A stretch of DNA of 64,000 nt from Octopus sinensis (Eukaryota). Each line of letters opens with the position of its first letter. The stretch's first letter is position 1. A program made the position numbers and the translations under genes. The stretch covers positions 186,992,001 through 187,056,000 of the forward strand of contig NC_042998.1 in the NCBI RefSeq assembly GCF_006345805.1. The letters are read 5' to 3'. The notes beneath the pieces are model-generated. The model did not search any database, was not told the DNA's origin, and saw only the letters and a list, made by a program, of their open reading frames with translations. Of the stretch, positions 49,881 to 63,071 are shown piece by piece.

Positions 49881-50431
49881 AATATCCTGTTGTGTCTGGG
49901 GAGAGCCATTTTCTTTTTGTGTCAACGAAAATTTTAGGAAAATAAAAATAAGAAAAAAGTGGAAATTTCACAGGTGAGTGTGTTATATTATAAGGTACAA
50001 AAAGAAAACGACTCTCCCCAGACACAACAGAATATGCTTCAACACACGAACTCATATAAAGAATCTTGCAAACCAAATCCCAAAACGAAAAGTAATAATA
50101 TCCAAGTGTGGAAAATTCACAAACAACTACTTTTTTCACTATCTTAAGTTATTTCCCTTTTTAGTGATTTCTTGTACGGTTTCTGTAAAGTTAAATCTAC
50201 TGAAGATCTTTGGTCTCCAGCTCTTGAGAACTTCAGTGGAAGCAATGTTGTTATCCTTGACATCAATATTCGTGTTTAATATAAGAACCTTATCGCTTAC
50301 TTGCCCTCCTATGAAGTTCCACCAGTATCTCATTTTTAGGTGGGAAAACTTTTGTCAGACTGCTCCATTTCAGTGTGCACTGATGCCCTCTCGCCGACCC
50401 AAATTACATAAAATCTAGTGTACTACAAGAT

Positions 50432-50944
50432 TACCGTAAATCCTCGAGTATAGTCTGCCCTTAAGTATAATACGCAGGGGATTTTTAGTGGGCTGTACCT
50501 CTGAAAAACTTAAACCTTGTTTATAACACGCACCCCTTCTCTAACTTGAGTCAAGGAGGTCTATATAACGTCCTTGGTTTGTAAAACTGTATACGGTAAC
50601 GTTCTTTATTATTATTGTATATATAACATAATTGCAAACGTAGCTTTTTTGTGCATTTTGTTGCAGTAAATAAAAAATAACAGTAATAACAGTAATAACG
50701 TTTAATAAGTGTTGCTTACTGGGTGATTCTTTTATGACTTCATTGCTTTCAGGCTTAGCTTAAGGTATTTTCACGCCCGACATCACAAAATGCGTCTGAA
50801 TAAACATAGCCAGACAACAAATAGAAACTCAGACATTGCTTAGAAAATATTTTTCATTTTTAACCTCGTATGTAGTACGCACTAGGGATTTTCACCTTTA
50901 AATTTTGGGAAAAAAATGCGGATTATACTCGAGGATTTACGGTA
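50432..50944. mobile_element. Tc1/pogo-type MITE
   Basis: 21-bp perfect TIR taccgtaaatcctcgagtata / tatactcgaggatttacggta, including the TA ends. Confidence 0.9.
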
Positions 50945-51179
50945 TGTCCGTCATACCTTTGCGTACATTAATGACTTGTTTCTATTTCTTCTAACTATAC
51001 ATTCTATTATGTGGATGATATTACGTTTTGTTTCTCCTCAACGTTCTGCCCACGTGTATCGGCTACACGAAACCTATACACCTCACAGCTATAAACCTCA
51101 CTGTTCCTATAAACAGAGGCCCTGAAAAACAACCTCAATTGGTTCATAAAATCCACTACCATTTAACAGCAGAAAGATA

Positions 51180-51860
51180 TTCGCTACATATAAAAGTAAA
51201 ATCATCTTGTATACCTTCTCCCTTTGTAGAGCAAATTTCAAATGTCACTAAAGAAGAGCTCTCGAGTTGATGATTGCAGGAAACACATGAACAGGCTGGA
51301 ATTTCCAGAGATGGGAATGAAAGAATGGCGTAGAGGGGCAGTGAAAGCTTAATGGGAGAAATAATTGAGATGGGGACGATGGGTCGAATGTCGCTAGTTG
51401 AAGTAGAAATGAAACCAGTCTGTTATGAGTGGTAGGGAGAGAGACAGAAGAGCGAAGGGGGGAGGAGGAGAGGCAACTCGTCTGTAGACTGCAATGCTGG
51501 GCAATGACATCTTATCAATCCGTTAAGCAGTCATTTTTATGCAATCTCTGAAGTGTCGTAGAGATAGTATTTCGTTGTGTGACTCACATGCACTTTGTAT
51601 GGGGTCATTAATTGTTGGTGACGGGATCATTTTTCTGACCTTGAAGAAGAGAGCGCCAGTAGTCTTTGCGATGCAGGAAGCAAAACTGATACGACCTCCA
51701 CGGGAGAATGCTTTCGAGGTTTCTGTTCATGAAGTTAGTGCAGATTTGGCGTGAGACGTATACGTTGTAAACGGATGGCGCTTGGATGTGGAAGGTTGAG
51801 GAAGAGTGAAGAGTTGTATCATCTTCAGAGGATCAAAACTTGTTTCTAGGGACGCACCAG
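51180..51860 (-). mobile_element. Degenerate CR1-like LINE fragment (similar family to 42990)
   Basis: Minus strand: gaagatgatacaactcttcactct (EDDTTLHS) and downstream similarity to the 42990 element. Confidence 0.6.
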
Positions 51861-52537
51861 TGTTGGCAGAATATGCATACAATCACGACCTAAGCTGACA
51901 GGAAGCATTCGGTCCGATTAAATAGGTTAGATATTAAATTTTTCACACCAGACACGGTTGAATAGATTGCAGGTTAAATGTAGTATCACCAGATTTCTTG
52001 AGGGCAATGACCTACTGGTGAGTGACACAGAGAAAGCCTATTGTAGATCTGATTTAAATTAAGATTAAGATGTAAAACATGATTTTCTTCATACTTCGTA
52101 ATGATTTGGTGGGTAAGTTGATTATATCTCACGCATCTTCTTAATACTCCACACAAGTTACGACATTTATAGTACAAATTTATTTATGATAAAATATTGA
52201 CTTTGGACCGGTTACAGCTTAGATTTAACATTGTAATTTTCCTTCTATAAACTGATATTGTTATTGAAGACCATTTTAATAGCTTTATAGTGAATTATGG
52301 CATTGACTGACTTAAGTTCTTGATAAACATCGTACATTGAACTCTAGAGGTTAGATATGACGTCACAAATATGCACATTAAACAGGATTAAGTCTCGAAG
52401 TACAATTCGTGCTAAACGTTGTTATGCACTGAAAATTATAACAACATATTTCCCCCTTCCCCGAAATTATGAAGTCACTTGACTTTACAATCGCTCAAAG
52501 TGTAATAATGTTTAAAAGGTCATAATATGGCTGTTAT

Positions 52538-52920
52538 GGAGGCGCAATGGCCCAGTGGTTAGGGCAGCGGACTCGCGGTCGTAGGATCACGGTTTCGATT
52601 CCCAGACCGGGCGTTGTGAGTGTTTATTGAGCGAAAACACCTAAAGCTCCACGAGGCTCCGGCAGGGATGGTGGTGATCCCGGCTGTACTCTTTCACCAC
52701 AACGTTCTCTCACTCTTACTTCCTGTTTCTGTTGTACCTGTATTTCAAAGGGCCGGCCTTATCACTCTCTGTGTCACGCTGAATATCTCCGAGAACTACG
52801 TTAAGGGTACACGTGTCTGTGGAGTGCTCAGCCACTTACACGTTAATTTCACGAGCAGGCTGTTCCGTTGATCGGACCAACCGGAACCCTCGTCGTCGTA
52901 ATCGACGGAGTGCTTCCATG
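52538..52920 (+). mobile_element. SINE family C with TSD
   Basis: TSD aatatggctgtt at 52524-52535 / 52921-52932. Confidence 0.95.
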
Positions 52921-53669
52921 AATATGGCTGTTGGAGCCATGTTCTTTCATTAACAGGAGCTCAGATCGTTGTAAGTGAGATTAAAATGTTTTGAATTTAT
53001 GCATTCATGTACACTGAACTTACTTTAATTTTGTAATTTGTCCAATGTAACCCACTTAACTATGTGTCCCTCTGGCAGACGGTATCCCACCGTGTCATTT
53101 TATCATAATTTATCCAGGTTAAATTTTATAATGGTTTCTTTCCCATTTTGTAACTTTATCTTTTACTTCCTGAAGTTATTAGACTGCGGCCATGCAGAAG
53201 CACGGACTTAACGGTTTTAGCTGAACAGATTGACCCTAGTCCTCTTTTTTTAAAGTCTGATATGTATTCTATCGGTATATTTTGCTGAACCGCCAAGTTG
53301 TGGGAACATAAACCAACACCGGCTGTCGAACGGAGTGGGGAGACACACATGTGCACCCCCACAAACACAGGCACATACACACATATAGACACACACATAC
53401 ATATGCATACAAACATATATTTATATAAATATATGTGTGTTGTGTGTGTGTGTGTGTGTTGTGTGTGTGTGTGTGTGCGCGCGTGCGTGTGTGTATGTGT
53501 GTGTGTGTGTGTAAATATAATATGTGACAATTATTCGGTAGCCATAATTAAACTCCGAGTTTCGGATGATGGCTACCGAATAATTGTCACATATATTTAC
53601 AGATAAATTCCTCTATTTACATAATATCGAAGTCTCTTTCATTCTTTTGTTCTCTTGCCATTTCTATCA

Positions 53670-53700
<31 letters not shown>

Positions 53701-53799
53701 TGTATGTATGTATGTATGTATGTATGTATGTATGTATGTATGTCATTATTCAGTTTTATTTCAAGATTTCTTGCCAATAGTGAAAGAGCCGGTTTGTAA

Positions 53800-53975
53800 C
53801 CTAGATCCAAGGCTCTTTCATTTGAATTCCAACATCATAAAAAGGAGTACGGGTGGAATGTCTCAGTGAAAACCTCAATAAAATGTAAGTACAACAGGCC
53901 TGATATAATGATTTGGGATAGAGAAGAGAAACAGTGTACAGTTGTGGAAATTTGCTGCACAGTGGTTGTTAACTA
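53800..53975 (+). mobile_element. RLE-LINE fragment (R4/Dong/NeSL-like)
   Basis: VKTSIKCKYNRPDIMIWDREEKQCTVVEICC contains the RPD..D...E endonuclease motif. Confidence 0.7.
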
Positions 53976-54549
53976 TGTATGTATGTATGTATGAATACAC
54001 AGACATATATACATACACACATACATATATACATTTATACACACTCACATTTATATGCTGTACCCTATTTTTAAAATTATTTTAATTATTTGAGGAAGAC
54101 AGCTGATTTCTTAAAAAGCTACATCGTTGGAATGTAGATAACAAAAACAATATCACACTTTGAACTTGAGAAAAGTCTTGTATATTTATATTGTTCCGCT
54201 TACAAATTGTATTTTTAACGTGCATGTTGGCTGGTTGATTCTTTTTCTGAAAAGCCTAACTATTCCAGATTGTCGCTTAGGCAATAAGTCCTGGGGTCAA
54301 TTTGTTCGACTAAAATCCTTTAAGGCGGTGCTCCAGAATGGCTGCAACCAAATGACTGAAACAAATAAAAGAATAAAAGAATATTCCAGCATGTTGCAGT
54401 CTCAATTTACCAATTTTTTTTTCGAAGCGAGAAAAATAAAAACAAACAAACAAACCCGTCTGATGAAACGATATAAATTCGAAAGTGTGATTACCCAATA
54501 ATTCCTAAATCAACAGCATCCTTCCAACCAACAGTTATTTCTACTAAGT

Positions 54550-54936
54550 GGAGGCGCAATGGCCCAGTGGTTAGGGCAGCGGACTCGCGGTCATAGGATC
54601 GCGGTTTCGATTCCCAGACCGGGCGTTGTGAGTGTTTATTGAGCGAAAAACACCTAAAAGCTCCACGAGGCTCCGGCAGGGGATGGTGGTGATCCCTGCT
54701 GTACTCTTTCACCACAACTTTCTCTCACTCTTACTTCCTGTTTCTGTTGTACCTGTATTTCAAAGGGGCCGGCCTTGTCACTCTCTGTGTCACGCTGAAT
54801 ATCCCCGAGAACTACGTTAAGGGTACACGTGTCTGTGGAGTACTCAGCCACTTACACGTTAATTTCACGAGCAGGCTGTTCCGTTGATTCGGATCAACCG
54901 GAACCCTCGTCGTCGTAACTGACGGAGTGCTTCCAA
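54550..54936 (+). mobile_element. SINE family C with TSD
   Basis: TSD atttctactaagt at 54537-54549 / 54937-54949. Confidence 0.95.
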
Positions 54937-55559
54937 ATTTCTACTAAGTTTTCGTTGTTTTGTTAATCTAAGGTTATTTTGCCATTTTATTGTCATTTAC
55001 ACACTTAACAACAGCAAAATTAAAAGCAACAGCTACAGCAACAGCAACAACAACTGCAAAAACAATAATTACATCAGTACCAATAGAAAATTATACCACC
55101 CGTTAAAGCATCAGCTACTTGGTCATCCGCACCGGTCAGATTTTATAACCAGTTACAATGCATATTGATTTGGCTGCTTTTATACCAAATTACATATCAG
55201 TGTCAGAGCTATCAATTATTTAAAGGCATTTTATATCATAACATATTTCCACGTAATTAAATTGTTCATTTACTTTTATATTGTCGGTTTGTCTGTACAT
55301 TTATTCTCTTCTTCGTTTACCAACTCGTATATATCATTTTACTGCAGAAACTACAGCCATTACAAAGTACCATGAACATAAAATTCCAGAAAATTTCAAT
55401 TCGATTAAACGAAAAAACAAAAAAAGTAAGAAAGAAAAAGCAAATGAATTTTTTGCTGCTTTCGACAATGTGTATTTCAACTGTACTTGCAAATGAATTG
55501 TCTACACATTGAATTATTATGTAAGTGGCTGAGTATTCCACAGACACGTATACCTATTT

Positions 55560-55785
55560 CTTTACTACCCACAAGGGGCTAAACACAGAGAGGATAAACA
55601 AGGATAGACAAAGGGATTAAGTCGATTACATCGACCCCAGTGCGTAACTGGTACTTTATTTATCGACCCCAAAAGGATGAAAGGCAAAGTCGACCTCGGC
55701 GGAATTTGAACTCAGAACGTAACGGCAGACGAAATACGGCTACGCATTTTGCTCGGCGTGCTAACGTTTCTGCCAACTCGCCGCC
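55560..55785 (-). mobile_element. SINE family D, full length
   Basis: Minus strand: ggcggcgagttggcagaaacgttagcacgccg...gttctgagttcaaattccgccgaggtcgactttgcctttcatcc. Confidence 0.9.
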
Positions 55786-56029
55786 TTATACGTATGCCTT
55801 TAATATGATCTTCAGGCATAATCATGTGAATCAAGGCTGGATCTTATAATTCCAAGCACACCCATAGTTTCAGTCAACCCAATATCACCCACAAGATCCG
55901 GGCTGATCCGAGTTTATGGCAGAAGACGCTTGCTCCAATGTCTTTAAGTGGGATCGATCTTGAAACCACACGATTGGAAAGCGACCTTCTTAATCATTCG
56001 GCCATGCATACGCACTTAACAACACAATA

Positions 56030-56880
56030 GGTAATGTAGCCCTATGTAATGCTATAAAGGTAGAATGATCATAACTGAGGATTTCGAGCATTGTTTTGTT
56101 CAATTTTAGCTGAGCCCCAACAAACTTCTTGCTCTGTGCTTATGCACTTTCAAATCTTTTTCAAAATTGCAGCCGTTTGAAGCAAAATGTTCGGCAAGTT
56201 CTGTTGAACTACTGTTATTGTATCTGACGTCATATCTGTGCCCATTAAATCTTTTGTTTAATTATTCTGTTGTACAACCAACGTAAATAAATCAAGTTGT
56301 GTTTCGTGCATTCTGCCGCATACACCAAATGGGAATCTCTACATGTCCCACCTTCTGTATAAATCATAACATTTCTGTTATGATCCCTGATGGAATTCAC
56401 TTGACTCATGTTCTTGCACAATGAATAGGGCTAACCTCTCTTGCGGCTGTTTTTCAAGGTACAGCGTGCAGATACTCCAATGTTAGTTTTTTTTTGGAGT
56501 CAGAAACAGAGGTCAATAGTTATCTTATATTTATTTTTCCGTCTAAAGGCTACAATGGGCGGCTGGGGAAATATCTGTTTGAAACGAGGATATTTTTCCG
56601 TGACAAGCTGGTAACTTTCATGCAATACTTTTGAAATGCCAGCGAAAATTCGGTGCCAGTTAATCACTAAAGGAATTCTGTCACATATTGTATTGTATTT
56701 GCTAAAACTATGCGTGAAGGTTTGACTTACTTTGCTAATCTTAGCTATCTCATTTGCTATTTCCTTTAATCCTGATTCTCTGTAACCGCATTTGACATAA
56801 TGGTGTACAAAAGCATTTGTATGTTTCCTGTAATCCTTATGTTGTCTACAAAGAAGCCCTGCAAGAAAACTTCTGAACCT
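56030..56880 (-). mobile_element. Third Penelope-like remnant (linker + GIY-YIG)
   Basis: Minus translation PLVINWH...FKQIFPQPPIVAFRR and GGTCRDSHLVYAAECTKHNLIY..VGCTTE...QRFNGHRYDVR...TELAEHF. Confidence 0.8.
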
Positions 56881-56889
56881 ACCACCATT

Positions 56890-57180
56890 GCTCTCCCGTC
56901 GCTGGAGTCATTGTAATATTCTCAATTTTTTAGCCCAACTGCATCCACCTTCTTCACGTCGATGTTGTAGAGCTGAAAAGGAGGCAATTTCTACTCTTCT
57001 CCTCTGGAAGCCATCTACTCGCAATACCAGAGGGCGCACACTCTCCTACCCTGATGTAATCTCCAGGGATACAAGCATCCAGCAACAGGACCTCCGCAAT
57101 GCTTTGATGGACCGTGAAGTCTGGCGTAGCAAGGCAAATTCCATTGTCTCGACCACGGTCGAACACTGATGATGATGACG
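56890..57180 (+). mobile_element. RTE-like LINE 3' end
   Basis: LLLWKPS...RGRTLSYPDVISRDT...DREVWR followed by a (TGA)n tail. Confidence 0.75.
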
Positions 57181-57309
57181 TCGCTAGCCACCTCTGCCAA
57201 TCAAACTCCCAACCTATGGGTTCACGCTGCGATACAGATTCCGCAAAATTACGTTGGATGTGACTACATATTGTATCCAAAACATTGTAAGTACAGTCGT
57301 ATTATACTA

Positions 57310-57536
57310 TTTCACCACAACTTTCTCTCACTCTTACTTCCTGTTTCTGTTGTACCTGTATTTCAAAGGGCCGGCCTTGTCACTCTCTGTGTCACGCTGA
57401 ATATCCCCGAGAATTACGTTATGGGTACACGTGTCTGTGGAGTGCTCAGCCACTAACACGTTAATTTCACGAGCAGGCTGTTCCGTTGATCGGATCAACC
57501 GGAACCCTTGTCGTCGTAACCGACGGAGTGCTTCCA
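57310..57536 (+). mobile_element. SINE family C, 5'-truncated
   Basis: tttcaccacaactttctctcac...gacggagtgcttcca. Confidence 0.9.
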
Positions 57537-58307
57537 CATACGCAGCGATTTACAAGTGATGAATGTTTCTACAAAAGTGCACTTGTGTTTTGTATAATAT
57601 ACACTTTCACGTTGGAGTGCTATTCTTAACTTTGTCAGACTTCAAATAGGAGTAAGAGCGAAGAAAAAATATTTGAGAACCACTGCTCGATGTAATTGTG
57701 TAGTGCATGGAGACACTACAATTATAAATCTTGGATATTTTAAAGGTTTTTAAATCCTTGTCAAAATCTAAACCAAATTTTCTGTCGCACTTTGCGATAT
57801 TTTTAGCAGACTGTGTCGTTTTCTTAAAACAGTTTTTATTTTCTTTTTGTAATTGAAATCAAAAGCTATTATAATGTCAGAGCAGAGATCGTTAGAGCTT
57901 TAGTAGGAGTATTGGTTATTGATCGTATACGTGAGTCACTGCCATTGATCTTACTCAATATTATAAGTAGCGCAGATTACTAGAAATATATTTATGATTC
58001 ATCTAATTAGATAAAAAGTCTACCGTAGTTAAGAACTAAAGTAAGCAATTCCGCATGACAGTTTAACAAAACAGGCGAAGCACTGATTCTAATGTATCAA
58101 CAATAATACTGCAACAGCTTTTATTCGTTGGATTTACATAAGAGAGTATCTTCCTTTTTTTTCATTTTTTTTTCAACATCAGATATGTTTTTTTTTTATC
58201 CATTTACTGTAAAGAAGAAGAATGTGTGTAGTTTGCTATCATTGTATGACGCAGACATCTGGTTGTAAAACATGTCAATTGAAAAAAGAAGAAAATGTAA
58301 TTGATCT

Positions 58308-58763
<456 letters not shown>

Positions 58764-60453
58764 CCTGTTGTTCTTGGTATCAACACTTAGAAATTTATGA
58801 GGGTCAGCTGTCACACTCAGTTAATTCTAATGTTTAAGTTAACGTCATTGGATTAAATGCAGTCAACAGAGATAAACTCATTTATCTCCCATTGTTCTCC
58901 GACCTGTATCCAGCTTTCCAACATGTATAAATACAATACCCAAACTCAGTTCTGTCTCTCTCACTTGACTCCTCGTTGGAGAGCACCCCTCTTTTTATTC
59001 TCCTTCGCCTATGGCTTATCACTGCGGTATTACACAATTTTCAACCTCTCTACTTGTCAACACAAAAGTAATTTTTTTTAAAACTCTTTCTCTCTCTCCT
59101 TCTTCCATTCGTCTTCTAGCAGTCAATAAAAGACGAACACAGCTACCTACAAAATGAACAATAGAACTTCAGCTGATATTTATACAATAACAACTCGAAG
59201 AAGTTGCTTCTTATATTGTAACGATAACATAAAGGTCATATATCGATTAATATATCTCTTTCTCCTATTTACCCCGTACATATAATCGTTTTATATATAT
59301 ATATATATATATATAGCAACTCTTCGTAATCCATGTATATTGAACTTTACTCGTATAGATTATAAGTAATTATCGTTTTTCTTGGCTCATCTCTTTTATA
59401 TTTAGGTTGGAAATGCGTTGATTAAATGCACTGAACATAGCATGATATTCCTTCTAAGATCGCTTACTTTTTGACAGTCTATCTAAATTTTCTTATGAAA
59501 GTGTAAACGTTTCAAGCATTAAATTAACGTCAATCATACAAATGTGGCTCGTCTAGACCAACACAGTAATTTCACTCCGGACATAATAAAGATCTATTTT
59601 TCCTGTTTACTCCCAGCCTTCTCTCTCTATCTTTCTATTTGTTTTTCCATTCCCAAGTCTGTTAGTTGACGCCCTTTCTGCAAGCGAGATATGTTTTACG
59701 ATACATTTACGGTCAATACTTATTGTGAATTATGCAAAACGTTCCTTGTGACCACCTAAGCTAAACTGGAGCATTTTTTGTCGAATTATTTCGTGATATT
59801 TTTATGAAAATCCATTCGCTTCTAACATCTATATTCTAATGTTCAGTCATGTTGTGAAGGAATATTATCTGAAGTGCTGCAAGGATAATGAAAAGATTTG
59901 GCCATATTTTGTGATCCACGCCTTCATGCAAATCATCACTCCAACCATTCCACATTACTTGGTCAATGCTAGTTCGATCACAGGTGTTTTCCGCTTTATT
60001 TAGTACGAGCCACTTGTGGATCATTACATGTTGGGAACGTCTATCTTCAAGATCTTGGCCGATGCACAATCATGGAGATGAAGATCTGGAACAGACGAGA
60101 AATAATTTGTAGGATTCCGAACAAATTACAAACACAGTACATTATTCACCCATTGATAGTGTAACGGTGATTCGAAACCGAACCGCCAGGTAACCGGTCA
60201 TACATCACGACCGAACGACAATAGCTTCATATGATCGGTCTATTAAGCAACCAATCGGCATCAAGCCATCACGTGATTCAATCTTTTATAATCTTCTTCT
60301 TGTGCCCTACCAAAGGCTGGTTTTGGTGGTAATTGTAGAATGTTGAGGTAACTGAGCGATACGTATCTTCATTCTTGTCAAACCAGACGGCGCACAGATG
60401 AACCCAGGAATTTTATGCGGTGCTCCTCTGTGGAGACTTGCATTGGAAAAAAT

Positions 60454-60912
60454 GGATCTTCTCGGTTTGAACGGCAGTTTTTAACATAATTTCTAGGTAA
60501 CTAAAAAATGTTAAACTTCGTATACTGGTAGAATGTGTTTATAAAATATCTTTTTCTTTTGGTTTTATTGAGAAAATTCTATAGTTTGTAAGATATTTGT
60601 TGTTGTTTTTTCTTCAATTTCTGCAATTTCAACCAATCACTGACGTCTATTGAGGTAAAAAAAACATTCTGTGCCGTATGAATATGTCCCTCGTTTAAGA
60701 AACAGATTGGGTATATTTGGGTATATTTACATTTGTGAAGAAAAAAAGATACCCTTCCCCCACCCCTAACCCTAACTAACATTAACTAGCCCTAACTAAC
60801 CCTAACCCTAAAACAGATTGAAATGCAATAGATCGATACTAGGGTCATAATTATGGGTGACAATTTCATATGACGCCGCTAGAAAAAACTGCCGTTCAAA
60901 CCGAAAAGATCC
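60454..60912. mobile_element. Merlin-like MITE with internal CCCTAA repeats
   Basis: TIR ggatcttctcggtttgaacggcagtttt / aaaactgccgttcaaaccgaaaagatcc; 8-bp TSD gaaaaaat at 60446-53 / 60913-20. GG ends with an 8-bp TSD fit the Merlin superfamily. Confidence 0.8.
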
Positions 60913-61442
60913 GAAAAAATATTTTATCATTGCTGTATCGACATTCTGAATAGTCTTACCCTACTTGGTTGTTTGTGTATTCGAAACTTTCTCATTCTAC
61001 GCATACGCATATACACCATACACAGAGAATGTAATCTTCAAAGCAGAAGATATTAAGATAATGCAATAATTCAAACTTGAGAATATCAGCAGTCCTGATC
61101 AAATTCCAATTGAGTCCTAAAGGAACTGGCCAGCCCGCAATACCACATATTCCCTCTGCTCTTTATTTGAAGTTGATTTCAGAGTTAGCAAAAGAGTATT
61201 ACTGCGAAACATATACTTTAGAGAAAACAGCGCTGAAAACATCAACTTGGTTTAGGAATGGAATAAACAGCTACAAATCTACATGCTGAAAAAAATCAAT
61301 TCATTTCAAGCAAGCAGTTCGGCTTCCGACTAAATTATAGTAAAGCCAACAATGTTATAATCATTCTTCGGATATGGACCAATTTCCTGGACAGGTGTGT
61401 CATATTCTTCGATATCAAAGAAGTTTGTGATAGAGTTTGGTA

Positions 61443-61755
61443 ACTGACACTCCGTCGGTTACGACGACGAGTGTTCCAGTTGAACCGATCAACGGAACAG
61501 CTTCCTCGTGAAATTTATGTGTAAATGGCTGAGCACTCTACAGACACGCGTACCCTTAACGTAGTTCTCAGGGAGATTCGGTGTGACACAGAATGTGACT
61601 GGGCTAGCCCTTTGAAATACAAGTACTATTACTTTTTGCTAGCTAAGTGGACTAGAGCAACGTGAAATAAAATGTTTTGCTCAAGGAGATGAGCCACTGG
61701 GAATCAAGCTCACGATCGCTAGCTGAATGACCTAAACAGTGAGCCACGTATCTTC
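61443..61755 (-). mobile_element. SINE with family-C tail and a different CORE-like head, with TSD
   Basis: TSD atagagtttggta at 61430-61442 / 61756-61768. Confidence 0.85.
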
Positions 61756-62619
61756 ATAGAGTTTGGTACAATGGAATCTACGTCGAACTGAAATACGAGG
61801 TGTTAGGTGAAAAAAAAACTACTTAAGCGTTTACGGGAGATTCATCACATTAACTAAATAATCTCTACGAAGTCGCTCGGCCTGCTAGAAACAAACAGCA
61901 AATTTTTCCCCTCACGCCCTAATATCTTTTTTTTTTTTTTTACAAAGAAGCGTATGTTGGGTAATATAGTCTGAGATAAACAATTTGAAAATACGGAAAG
62001 GTTACGGCTAGAATATCTTTGAGTATAGGTCAGTTCAATCAGAGCTGCCGTGGAGTTAACAACAACATCGATCTATAGAAGTAACTTCCAAGTTCAATTG
62101 CGATCTGTCACCAATCATAACATCTATGCTACATAATCCATACTTAGCCCACTTCGTATTTTTTTGTTTTTGTTTTGTTTTTTTCATTGATGCAATCATT
62201 AATGACCCCTACATTATTTAAATCAGTAAGTGAAAGACATCTTGCAGCAACCAGCTTTAACAGATTTTTAACGAGTGACTCAAAGGTGATATCTGAGCCG
62301 TCAAACCTTAAATCATCTCTGAGGAATTATATATTGTCTATATGAAAAAAAAAGAAAAATATTTATTAATTGACAATATTAAAAATAATGGTGCAAGCCA
62401 CATATTTAGATGATAAAAAGGTTTTTGAATATTCGAGTATTGGAGTTTCAGAAATGACCGCAATAGGATTAAATGCGATGATAAGAAAAATGTCATGAGT
62501 TAACTAACATTATTCTTTGGCTGAGCAAACAAAGGAAAAGGAAGCAAATTGCAACGTTTTTACCTTATTAGATTTCATTAGCAGATGCACAGCCTTTACT
62601 TTAGCACTGACCACAAATT

Positions 62620-62935
62620 TAATGAAGTAAAAGATGGCTATAGAAAATGAAGAAGGTGAAGATAGTGCCAATTATTGTTGGGTCCTTGGGAACAGTATCA
62701 GGAGGCATCAAGGGGAATATAAAGGAAATTGGAATAGAGTGCCCAGTAGAACTGTTACAAAAGGTTTGCCTCCTTGCCATGGCCAGAATAATCAGGAAAG
62801 TATTAGATAGCTGAAAAGTATGGATAGCATGGTACCGTAGGCTGCAGGTAGCAAGTCCGATACGCCTGCAAGACTCCAAGAGCTCCAACAAAACCTGTGA
62901 TAAAGAGAAATAATAATAATAATGATAATAATCTG
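62620..62935 (+). mobile_element. R4/Dong-like LINE 3' end
   Basis: MKKVKIVPIIVGSLGTV...LLQKVCLLAMARIIRKVLDS*, 3' UTR and (TAA)n tail. Confidence 0.8.
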
Positions 62936-63071
62936 ACTGACAAGTTCAGCTTCAGCCCTTCGCGTGGTGAAGCCGTTTGCAACTAGCAGAAGGGAGTGAA
63001 AAGGCGAATGTCTGGCGCCTTCAAATAACCAGTGCTCCGGGTAGGTCGAGCTCGTTAGCTTTGGTTGATAA

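Noticed and set aside
54455-54495. CTGATGA...CGAAA
   Set aside because: Stem II is not convincingly paired and there is no stem III or UH cleavage triplet.
60764-60811. True telomere or chromosome end
   Set aside because: The repeats are short, degenerate and lie inside a TIR/TSD-bounded transposon.
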